Assembly: GCA_951406725.2 (NCBI GenBank)
Contig: OX597817.1
Coordinates: forward strand, 162,564,001 to 162,628,000
DNA: 64,000 bases
Source: Octopus vulgaris
Lineage: Eukaryota
Reading direction: 5' to 3'
Shown here: piece by piece, positions 22,186 to 33,101 of the stretch
How positions within the stretch are numbered: position 1 is the stretch's first letter
How the letters are laid out: every line of letters starts with the position of its first letter
Notes under the pieces: model-generated
What the model was told of the DNA's origin: nothing
Seen by the model: only the letters and a program-made list of their open reading frames with translations
Database searches by the model: none
Position numbers and translations under genes: made by a program

Positions 22186-24901
22186 CAACGATTTACCTCA
22201 CCACACACCGAATTTAGAAATGACTTAATTCTGAAACGTACGTCCGTAGGTGACTTAATGTAGAATGATTGTCGTTTGCTTTTTAAGTGCTGTGGTTTTA
22301 CTGGGATCTCCCTTTTAAGTAGAAAGAATAGCCAAAACTTTTTGACTGCTATTTCTAAATTCGGTGTGTGGTGAGGCAAATCGTTGCTAAACCCTTAATT
22401 ACTTAGTATTACTTAAACCTTCCTTGAATGGGGCTTTTACATGCCGAACTCTACTTGGTGAAATTAATGATTATTTCTAAATTAATTAATTTCACCCTTT
22501 ATTATTGATATATATATATATATATTTCCCTTCCATATCGGCTACCTCTGATGAGCGTAATTATATAATTGGATTGTTACCTAACACTATTATATTTTGC
22601 GCGAAAACGATTCGTAAGACCAATCGTGATGGATAATTAAAGCTATAAAATTCGGATAATATATATATACTTCAAAGTGTATATATAAATATGTGTGTGT
22701 ATCTTATGTGAATGAGTTTCCCCCACACATTTCAGCACACAAAATTTGTTAGCATTTTATATTTTCTCCTTAATTACGAGTAAAGTTGTTATATTGCCTT
22801 CTCCCGTTCCTTATCCATTTATTTTGGCCTATATTATGAATAGGGCTTTAGAAATAATTGTCAGTATCCGGCCCTCGGGATCTAGTTCATGCCCCATTCC
22901 AGCCACAAACGAGTTAGTTATCCCTACTCTTCTTGTAGCCGCTTGGCCTGTTTAAGGCAGCAGCCAAATCACCTTCAAGTTAGAGCTTCTTCTCTTGAAG
23001 AAAGATAATATAATCCCAGATACCATACACAACGTATGAAAATTACGGGATGGCGACGACTTCAACAATAGATAATGTAGTTATTAGCTTCATCTATGGT
23101 AACAAGATACAACCGCCAACACCAACACCAAACAATAGCTTGTAGTTTGTCAAAATATACTGATTTGATCTGTTCGGACTTGCATCAGGAAATCTCTTGA
23201 ATAAGTTTAATTCTGACTGACTAATAATAACTAAAGGTCATCTCTGATTCAGAATGAATATGAAAAATGAATTAAGAAACATTACAGAAACAACAACAAG
23301 TAGCGGCTGCTGCAACAAGTTTTGTGGAAAAGCAAAAGTAAAAATTACAAATTAGAGAAATAAAAGTTCCGGCAGACTATATCCTGACCTAAATGATCTG
23401 TTTACTGGAAGGATAATAAGAACGAGAGAGAAAGAAAGCGAGAGAGAGAGAGAGAGACAGAGAGAAGCCTTTTATGTTTATCAGTATTCAGTGCATTAAA
23501 ACTAAGGAAAAAATGAAACAATGAGCTTATTGAAGTGAGATCTCTACAATTTCCTGTCGCTACTGTAATGTACTTCCATCCAGTTCATCAGACTTAGATC
23601 AGTTCTAAAAATTGGTTATAATTGACGTATTTGCTACTAATACTGGCAACAACAAAAGTAAGAAAAATAAATAGGATTTTTTTTTTAAAATACATTTATC
23701 TCGCCCTGAAAGCACTTATGTTACTAACGTTATATCCGTATGTTTTTATATGGCTGTTGTCGCGAGCAAACATCGACAACTTCTTGACGCTCCCCACCGT
23801 CAACTCTGTGGAACATCTATTTCTTTATTGCCCACAGGGGGCTAAACATAGAGGGGACAGACAAAGGGATTAAGTCAATTACATCGACCCCAGTGCGTAA
23901 CTGGTACTTATTTAATCGATCCCGAAAGGATGAAAGGCAAAGTCGAGGATGTGACAGCTTGGGGAAGAGAGGACAGCACCAGTACTTGGCTGGTAGCCAT
24001 TTGCAGCTCAGTTGCAAACCTGAGTAATGGGAAACAATGATCAAGGACTCAGCGTCTTAGAACCGAATCCACTTAAAGATGTGCGTGGCCTAATGGTTAA
24101 TCTGTTGGCTTTACAAGGTCGCGGGTTCAGTTCCGTGACCGGGCGGCGTTCATGTGTATCTTTCACGATACTGCAGCCAACACAGATGAACGTGAATACC
24201 TATTTCTTTACTACCCACAAAGGGCCAAACACAGAGAGGACAAACAAGGACAGACGTAGGTATTAAGTCGATTACATCGACCCCAGTGCGTACTGGTACT
24301 TAATTTATCGACCCGGAAAGTATGAAAGGCAAAGTCGACCTCGGCGGAATTCGAACTCAGAACGTAATGACAGACGAAATATCACTATGCATTTTGCCCG
24401 GCGTGCTAACGTTTCTGCCAGCTCGCTGCCTTATGAACGTGAATACCTATTTCTTTATTACCCACAAGGGGCTAAACACAGAGGGGACAAACAAGGACAG
24501 ACATAGATATTAAGTCGATTACATCGACCCCAGTGTGTAACTGGTACTTAATTTATCGACCCCGAAAGGATGAAAGGCAAAGTCGACCTCGGCGGGATTT
24601 GAACTCACAACGTAATGGCAGACGAACGTGAATACCAGCTTCATGTTGATGCAGACCTCTCTCCCTTCAGCAGTCACATCCACAATGTTTCACTGGGTCA
24701 AACGTGGGAAGGCCGAGAGGTTGTTTTATCTACTCGACACTATACAAGTATCTGTAAGGCAGTGGAGCTGGCAGAATCGTTAACATGCCTGACAAAATGC
24801 TTAGCAGCCTTTCGTCCGTCGTTACGTTCTGATTTCAAATTCCGCCGAGGTCGACTTTGCCTTTCATCCTTTCAGGGGTGATAAAATAAGTACCACTTAT
24901 G

Positions 24902-25319
24902 AGATCTTTTCGGTTTGAACGGCAGTTTTTTAAGATAATTTCCACGTAACTAAACACTTTTAAACTTCGTATACTGGTAGAATGTGTTTATAAAACATCT
25001 TTTTCTCTTGGCTTTATTGAGAAAATTCTATAGTTTGTAAGATATTTGTTGTTTTTTCTTCAATTTCTGCAATTCCAACCAATCAATGACGTCTATTGAG
25101 GTGAAAACATTCTGTGCCGTATGAAAATGTCCCTCGTTTAAGAAACAGATTGAGTTTATTTACATTTCTGAAGAAAAAAAAGATACCCCCCCCCCACCAT
25201 CCCTAACCCTAGCCCGAAAACAGATTGAAATGCATTAGATTGATACTAGGGTCATAATTATGGGTGACAATTTCTTATGACACCGCTAGAAAAAACTGCC
25301 GTTCAAACTTAAAAGATCC
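24902..25319. mobile_element. MITE with GGATCTTTT termini and 8-bp TSD, inserted into a SINE
   Basis: TIRs AGATCTTTTCGGTTTGAACGGCAGTTTTT / AAAAACTGCCGTTCAAACTTAAAAGATCC; TSD CACTTATG/CAGTTATG; partial reverse copy at ~18630-18935. Confidence 0.8.
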
Positions 25320-27816
25320 CAGTTATGTACTGGAGTCAATGTAATCGACTCCCCTGAAATTGCTGCCAAAATTTGAAACAATTAGCAAAAGCAGCATAGT
25401 CGCTACAAGGCAGTGGCAGCTCGTGCATAGGCACTGCAGAACTGCAGCCCCTTCCCCATTTCCACTCGATATTATCAATAATGAGTCCTTTTTTCTTTAA
25501 TTCTTTCTTTATGCTTATATATTTATATAATCCTTAAGCTTAATGTCAGTAGCCATCCCCTAGTTTATGAAAAGAAAATACAAAAATCCTTGTATAGAAC
25601 TGTGCACTTCACAGTTCCAGCAACGCAGTGTTTGGCTGTTGTGTTCATGCTCACATGTCCGAGATAAGAAGCTTCATGCTAAGGAGAGAGTGCACTGTTG
25701 TTCATGCAGTACCAGTGCATTTTGCTTGTCTATATATTTTTATGGAAGACAACATTGATCATACATGATATTCTCCTCTCACCATTCTGATGTTGTTCAA
25801 GAGAAAAGCATAAAGTTGCTGCATTTAGAGAAATGGTTGTGTTCAATATGCACAAAAGAAAATACCAGATATTCCATTTAATGGATCCAATGTAAACTAT
25901 GAACTTGCAAGAAGTACTGTGCAATCATAGATAGGTTGATAGAGAAGGTAAACTTTGTATGCAGTAAGGTTACACTTGACATAAATCCACTCAAGTGTTG
26001 GGAAAGTTCCATAAGAGTAGGCAACCCTTAATATTTCTTAAATGACCTAGCTAGCAACAGAAGTAGGTGTAGCAAAAACGTAAAACAGAAAAAGTTTCTA
26101 AAAGCTAAAACTTCTACTGGTGATGATGGTTTCTCTGTGAATGAAGTGCAGATTTTAAGATGCTTTTATACAAAGTGTGGAAAAGTTGCATAGTAGTGAG
26201 ATGTGGGGCCTTGAATGCTGAGGAATTTCGAAGGAAGGAAAAAAAATGAATCAAGCTTGCTTTACTGGATGGATAATATTAGCGTGCATAAATGATAGGA
26301 GTACAATTAAGCAGAGAGAAATGTTGGATGTAAGAGGAGAAATCCTGAAGACAGATCCCGGATCTTTCCAATGTTTATTTGCTTTCTTTACTGGTTGAAT
26401 TTATGTCTGCCAACATTATGAAATAACTCTGAACCCCCAGAAACAGCTGTCAGACTTGTAACACTTTAACTCCTCTCCTTTAATTTTCTGTATATTTCTA
26501 CCCCGTGTGAGTTTGCTCTGTCAATCATCATCATCATCATCATTTAACGTCCGCTTTCCATGCTGCTATGAGTTGGACAGTTTGATTGAGGTTTCACCAG
26601 GCTCCAATCTGATCTGGCAATGTTTCTACAGCTGGATGCCCTTCCTAATGCCAACCACTCCATGAGTGTAAGTGGGTGCTTTTTATGTGCCACTGGTGCA
26701 GGAGCTAGTCAGGTGGGCCTGGCATTGATCACATTTAGATAGTGCTTTTTATGTACCAGCAGCATGGGGGCCAGTCAGCGGGTACAGGCATCAGCCATGT
26801 TCGGACCGTGCTTTATATATATATATATATATATATGTATAATGGCTGTGTGGTTAGGGAGCTTGCTTCCTAGCTATATGGTTTCAGGTTCAGTCCCACT
26901 GCGTGGCACTTTGGGTAGGTGTCTTCCACTATAGCCCCGAGCTGACCGGAGCTTTGTGATTGAATTCGGTAGGTGGAAGTTACTGCCGTGTGTGTATATG
27001 TGCGTGTAGGTGCTTGTGCCTCTCCGAAAGAGAGAGAGGGATATATATATATATATATATATTTATACTTGAATATTCAATGTCTGAAAATTTTCAGTTT
27101 CTGCTTTCTCTCTGTTTACATGTATACACGGACGTATATTTCGTATATCAAACACAAGCAGTTTTATTTGATTATTTGCATCATTGTCTCTATTATATAC
27201 ATTTACACACACACACACACATATATATACAGTACTGGAAACATTATTATGGATTTTTGAAATTTTTGCTATTTCTATAGGAGTGGCTGTGTGGTAAGTA
27301 GCTTGCTTACCAGCCACATGGTTCCGGGTTCAGTCCCACTGCATGACATCTTGGGCAAGTGTCTTCTACTATAGCCTCGGGCCAACCAAAGCCTTGTGAG
27401 TGGAAACTGAAAGACCATCGTATATATGTATATATATTTGTGTGTGTGTGTGTGTGTGTGTATACGTTTGTGTGTCTGTGTTTGTCCCCCCGCAACATCG
27501 CTTAACAACCAATGCTGGTGTGTTTACGTTCCCGTAACTTAGCAGTTCATCGAAAGAGACCGATAGAATAAGTACTAGGCTTACAAAATATAAGTCCTGG
27601 GATCGATTTGCTCGACTAAATGCGGTGCTCCAGCATGGCCACAGTCAAATGACTGAAACAAGTAAAAGAATAAAAGAGACACTACAAGTTCTCAGTCGGA
27701 TTCATGTTAGGTGAATTTCCTGGCCATGGAAGTACATCAACAGCATTTTTGTCAAACCATGTCTTTAACCAATTTTTGCTGTATGGCATGGTGCCAAGAC
27801 CTGTTGGGACATCCCT

Positions 27817-28370
27817 TTTGTTAGCCGCTCTCCAGCCATCTATTTAAAACTGTATACAGCTATGGTACGACCACACTTGGAATTCGCATCATCAGTTTGG
27901 AACCCCTATCTTGCTCAGAACATTGACCTCCTGGAATCTGTCCAGAGACGTGCAACCAAACGCATACCCTCCATCAGACACCTACCATATTCTGAGCGCC
28001 TTGTTTCCCTGGGCATGGATTCACTGAAGCTCCGGCGTCTGACTTGGTAAACACCCACAAAGTTATCAACCACCTCACCTCACCAACAACAACACTGAAC
28101 ACCTTTTTGATCTCCATGTGTCTAACACACGTGGACATGCCTACAAAGTCAGAAAACAACACAGCTCCCATGACTTTCGGAAACATTTTTTCATGCTCAG
28201 AGTTGCTGAAGCATGGAATAAACTGCCTGCGTCAGTTGTTGACAGCCATGACACTGCATCCTTTAAGGCCCTCATGCTTTCCGAAATCCGCCGAAACTAC
28301 ACCTGATTATATATACACTTTAGATGAGTTGTAGTGCACCTGAGCACTGTACACAATTATTATTATTATT
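27817..28370 (+). mobile_element. 5'-truncated CR1-clade LINE (ORF2 C-terminus and 3' tail)
   Basis: LYTAMVRPHLEFASSVWNPY...LESVQRRATK...TRGHAYK...FRKHFF..RVAEAWNKLP, ending in (ATT)n. Confidence 0.88.
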
Positions 28371-28713
28371 ATCCAAGACCTGTCTCCATACCATTCCTGT
28401 ACTTGTGGTATTAGTCTACTTCTAAGTACCTCTATGTAACTCTCTTGGTTCAGAGAACCTTCAATTATTTTCAGTTCCATGGGCAAAAATTGTCCCCCAA
28501 ATCATGATCTTCTGTGGAAATTTTAGTGTTTTTCGAAGACAATCTGGACAAAACTCCTCACCAAGTCTCCTTCTCACACTTTGCACCCGATCATCAGGCA
28601 CTCCTATGGTGGGTTCAAAACACCACCTGCAACAACTGAAAACTATATTTGATTAATTGGACATCTAGAATAAGTTATTGTTTCAGTCTATGACAATCAG
28701 AAATGAATAGATA

Positions 28714-29087
28714 TCTTTATATATAAAAGTGAAGTTGTGTGTCTGTCTACTCCGATTTAGATTCCTAACTACTCCCACATTTTGCGGTGCAGTTTAACCA
28801 AAACCGGGTATCTTATAGTCGTGATTCATATCGAGCCCTTCTGGGTATTAGCGCGTGTCTATGATGAGTCTACGATTTTAAAAATAATTTACCATCATTT
28901 TTTCCATTTTAATGCATATCTTTTTAAATATAAGGGAAGTAACTCTCTAAAAATGTCTACGATGAGTCAACGATTTAAAAAAAAATTTACCATCATATTT
29001 TTTCCATTTTTAATGCATTTTTTTGGCTATAACTCTCTAAAAATGCTTTATAGCTATTTCCCTTACAAAGCCGGGCGATACTGCTAG
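28714..29087 (+). mobile_element. Non-autonomous Helitron-like element
   Basis: 5' TC(TTTATATATAAAAG), 3' GCCGGGCGATACTG-CTAG, inserted between A and T without a TSD; near-identical to 60426-60794. Confidence 0.8.
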
Positions 29088-29618
29088 TTTTTAAATATTC
29101 CTTTAAAAAGCTGTCTTGAAGAGTGAAATCAATAGTAACATCTTATTCTATCATGGATACAATACATAAAGACTCTAATCCACTATTTTAGATAGTCTTA
29201 CCTGCTCCCATTGCTCAGAAGTCCATGCAATATGATTTTTAGCCCATGCATGGTTTTTTCCTTGGACAATATGCATGTAATCCACCTTCCAAAAGTCTGT
29301 TGTTAATTGTTCTTCGATGCACAGTAATGTTCTCTTCCATTGATTTGCAAGAAATCTAACTACAAGATGCTCTTCTATTGTTGAGAGAAATTCTTTTTAT
29401 TTTTCTTTCAATCCTAGGGGTCGTTACTCATTTCCTACCAGTTACCAACCCTTTTTGCCATCAAATCCTCATTCTTTTCCATTTTTTCCTTAATTGTGCT
29501 AATTGTCTGAGTTGAAACATTTAGTTTCTTTGCAATTTCTCTGCTTAAATGAGGTATCCCTCAAATACACTTCTATTTGTCCAATTTTATGGGGACTAAG
29601 ATCTCTTTGTTTATCCAT

Positions 29619-30287
29619 CTAAAATTGCCAAGAAGGCTGAGGGTGTCTTGGCATCACTTACCAAGTCCTTTGTGAGCCGCTCTCTGGCTATCTATCTGAG
29701 GCTTAAAATAGCTATGGTACGACCTCACCTGGAATTTGCATCACCGGTCTGGAGCCCAGGATATTAATCGTCTGGAAACTGTTCAGTGACATGCAACCAA
29801 GAGAATACCCTCCATCAGGCATTTGCCATATGCTGAATGCCTTACTTCCCTGGGCATAGATACATTGAAACTCCAACGTCTGGCAGCTGACTTGGCAGAC
29901 ACCCATAAAATTATTAACCATCTTACCAACAATAACTCTGAGCACCTTTTCAAACACCTGTGGACATGTTTACAAAGTCAGAAAACAGCACAGCTCCCAT
30001 GACTTTCAGAAACATTTTTTCACGCTAAGAGTTGCTGAAGTATGGAACAAACTGCCGGCATCAGTTTAGTTGTCGGAGCATTGCATCCTTCAAAACTTCC
30101 ATGCTTCCTGAGATTCGCCAACACTACACCTGATTTTCTCCCCTCCATACACACGCAAGCATGTATCTAACTCATACACTGTTCACTTCCCAGACATTTG
30201 TACATTACTGCATATGTTTTATATGCACTTTTGACAAGTTGTGGTGCACCTGAGCACTGTATACAATAATTTCATTATTATTATTAT
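29619..30287 (+). mobile_element. Second 5'-truncated copy of the same CR1-clade LINE
   Basis: Collinear with 27817-28370, longer 3' UTR, (ATT)n tail. Confidence 0.88.
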
Positions 30288-30335
30288 ATTATTATCTAGG
30301 CCTGGAATTGAAATAATATGTTATTTACACTTTAA

Positions 30336-30642
30336 CCCCTTACCCGGCAGAAACGAATATATGCATTTTGACCGAAATCGTTTTTTTCTATCTCTGGTGA
30401 GTTAACTCGTCAAAAGATAGACTCGCCAAAATCGACAGCAAACGAGTTCCTTCGTCTAAAAACGGGTTAACTCGTTTCTGCCCAAAGCGGAACTTTAAAA
30501 TCAATATTATTGAATTAAAATTCATAATAAATAAGGTTTGAAATATACCTCGAAATCACCATTCAAAACATAGTAAAATAAAACAATTAAAAATATGTCT
30601 GAAAAAATACATTTATTTTCAAAATAATTGTTGGGTAAGGGG
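30336..30642. mobile_element. piggyBac-type MITE
   Basis: TTAA|CCCCTTACCC...GGGTAAGGGG|TTAA. Confidence 0.85.
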
Positions 30643-31371
30643 TTAAGTGCAACTTACTCTGTATTGTATTAGTTACAAATTCATGTAGTAACTAAAAAGT
30701 CACTGGAACACAAATAAGCACCGTACACCAACTGCTACTCAAATAAAACTGAAGGAAACACGGGCTGCAGCAGCTGAGTTGCATAATGTAATTTAGTGTT
30801 GCCACACAACAGAAGCACATTATTACCAGATGTCACTAGAAACCTGTATAAGCCGCAGCTAAAGTCAAATTCAGAGAATGTCGTAATTGTGTGAAAATTA
30901 AGCAAAATATATTGTGCTTTCTAAAAATCTATAACATTTCCAGTACTGTATATGTCTATATTATATTGGTAATTAGAGTAAATCCTAGCTGTTACCTCTT
31001 GAAGGACATCTGTTTATTTCATAATTATAATCAATATATATATCCATAGTTACTGTAGTATATAATTACTGTTGTACATTAATTGAGAATTACGGAAATA
31101 TTTGTGACTGGCCTGGTGCAGCCTTCGGGCTCCCCAGACCCCAGTTGAACCGTCCAACCCATGCTAGCATGGAAAACGGACGCTAAATGATGATGATGAT
31201 GATGATGATTGTTTTAAAAAGACAATGCTGTATTTAACACTAGCAGTTGCCAAACTTTTTTGTACCATAAATTAGTTTCATGCAAGACAATTTTTCCACA
31301 GATTGGAGGACCACATGTCTAACAAAACAGAATAAAGTGCATAATATATAATCTAATTGCTACATGTTTAT

Positions 31372-32296
31372 CAGTGATCCCTCGTTTATCACGGTAGATT
31401 GGTTCCGAGACAACTGAATTTCCATGAAGTAGGGACACCATATTTACAGTATTTATTTAACATGTATTTGGACTTTTAAAACCCTCCCTGTACTGTTAAC
31501 AACCCACCCTTTAAAGTAGTCTATTAATAACATGGACAACTGTTAAGCAATAACACTTTAGAGTAAAAAAATAAAGATTGTTACTGTACTCAACACAAAA
31601 GAAGTTGAAGTAAAATTTGAATGATGATGGTGATGAATTTGCTGTGCAGTAGAAATGATGATGATGAAGCTGACGGCAGTGCCCTTTCCTGGGACACCTC
31701 TTCCACTTCTTCCGAAGGTGCAGCCGTAGTAGTAACAGCAGGAACTGGCTCTTTTTTGCGAGGCTGCAAAAACATTGAGATAGGAAATTGCTGTCGCTGC
31801 TTCTTTTTCAGTTCAAAGAGCATCTTGTAAGGATTCATGGCTTCGTCGACCTTCTTGCAAAATTGCACAGAACAAACCATATCGTCGTCCTATTCTTGTG
31901 ACCCCTCTTTCAATTCTTTAGCCAGGTTGCAGAGCCTGGCCAGCCATTCCAAAGTCAAGCCAGTTTGGTCGACAACTTCTTCCATTTCTTGCTGCGTTTC
32001 TGCTTCTTCTTCTTCTCTGGCCGACTTCGTCAAGTCTTCGAGGTCTGCGGCTGGGAGTGGCAGTCTAATAACGCGTCGATGTCTGCAAAGCCCGTCTTAA
32101 GTTCAAATACCCCTGCATATGATTTTTTTTGCTATTTTACACTTGTTTTGTTGTTCCTAGACTAGGAAATAATATTTGTTGTTAATATTTTAATGGATTT
32201 AATGAAAAATTTTAGGTCTTCATATATATAAATTTTTAAAATCCGTGAAGTCGTGAATCCATGGTAGTTGAACCGCGAAGTAGCGAGGGATCACTG
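31372..32296 (-). mobile_element. pogo/Tigger-like internally deleted DNA transposon
   Basis: TIRs CAGTGATCCCTCG / CGAGGGATCACTG+TA; minus-strand acidic transposase tail (DLEDLTKSAREEEAETQQEMEEVVDQTGLTLEWLA...KKKQRQQFPISMFL). Confidence 0.8.
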
Positions 32297-32910
32297 TACA
32301 TATATATAGGTGCAGTTGTGGTTGTGGAGTAAGAAGCTTGTTTCACTGCATTTATTAGGATCCTATCTTATTCCCAGACGATGCATCCAAAACTACATGG
32401 TCATGTGTTGTTTCATTTTTGAGATGGCATGATGAACCTTGAGAATAATTTAGCTGCTATTTTTTGCAGCCCAAGTGACAATGAAGATCCTGTATTGGTT
32501 AATAATTGAATTTAACTACAGTCATGCCTTTGTTGGTTAAAGAAACTAACAACATAAGCACATACATCAACAGCCTACCCTAACTGCTGAGTCTCACCAG
32601 CCAATGTGTTGGCACCACGTAAAAAGCATTCATGTCGATATCATGTTATAAGCACCTGTGCTGGTGCTATGTACAAAGCATCCAGTACACTGTAAAGCAG
32701 TTGGCATTAGGAAGGGCATCCAGTCATAGAAGCCATGCCAAAACAGACAACTGAAGCCTGGTGCAGCTCTCCAGCTGGCCAATTCCTGTCAAACTGTCCA
32801 ACCCATGCAAGCAAGAAAACAAACATTAAATGATGAGGGTGAAGATGAACACACATGTACCTCAATTTATGTATAGAAATAAAGGAAACCAAGATTGAAT
32901 ACTGAATAAG

Positions 32911-32916
32911 TTTATT
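32911..32916 (-). terminator. Putative CCT4 polyadenylation signal AATAAA
   Basis: tttatt on the + strand, about 170 nt 3' of the predicted TGA. Confidence 0.5.
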
Positions 32917-33083
32917 TAGAATAATGAAATACAAATTGAAAATGCAAATATCTTAAATGTAAGCCAACAAAGGACTGAGAATATCCATTTGTGAGAGTGA
33001 CAACAATAGCAACGGTGATAATAGCAATGGCTGTAGGCTGTCCTGGTTACACGGGGACATCAGGTGTGGTGAAACTGATTCTT

Positions 33084-33101
33084 TCAACGAATGCAGGTAA
33101 G
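33084..33101 (-). CDS. CCT4: CCT4 probable terminal exon 14 (LTCIR*)
   Basis: Long (CT)n polypyrimidine tract plus TAG acceptor, in-frame CTTACCTGCATTCGTTGA, AATAAA about 170 nt downstream. Confidence 0.7.
   Translation of the reverse strand, partial: LTCIR

Larger units (their letters stand above)
27683..29600 (-). mobile_element. Decayed Tc1-like (DD34E) transposon, split by later insertions
   Basis: Minus-strand relics TVHRRTINNRLLEGGLHAYCPRKKP (~29250-29330), IMIWGTIFAHG...GSLNQESYIEVL (~28420-28510) and APCHTAKLVK..WFDKNAVDVLPWPGNSPNMNPTENL (~27685-27800). Confidence 0.8.

Noticed and set aside
25196-25214. Interstitial telomere
   Set aside because: Only about two degenerate CCCTAA units, internal to a MITE.
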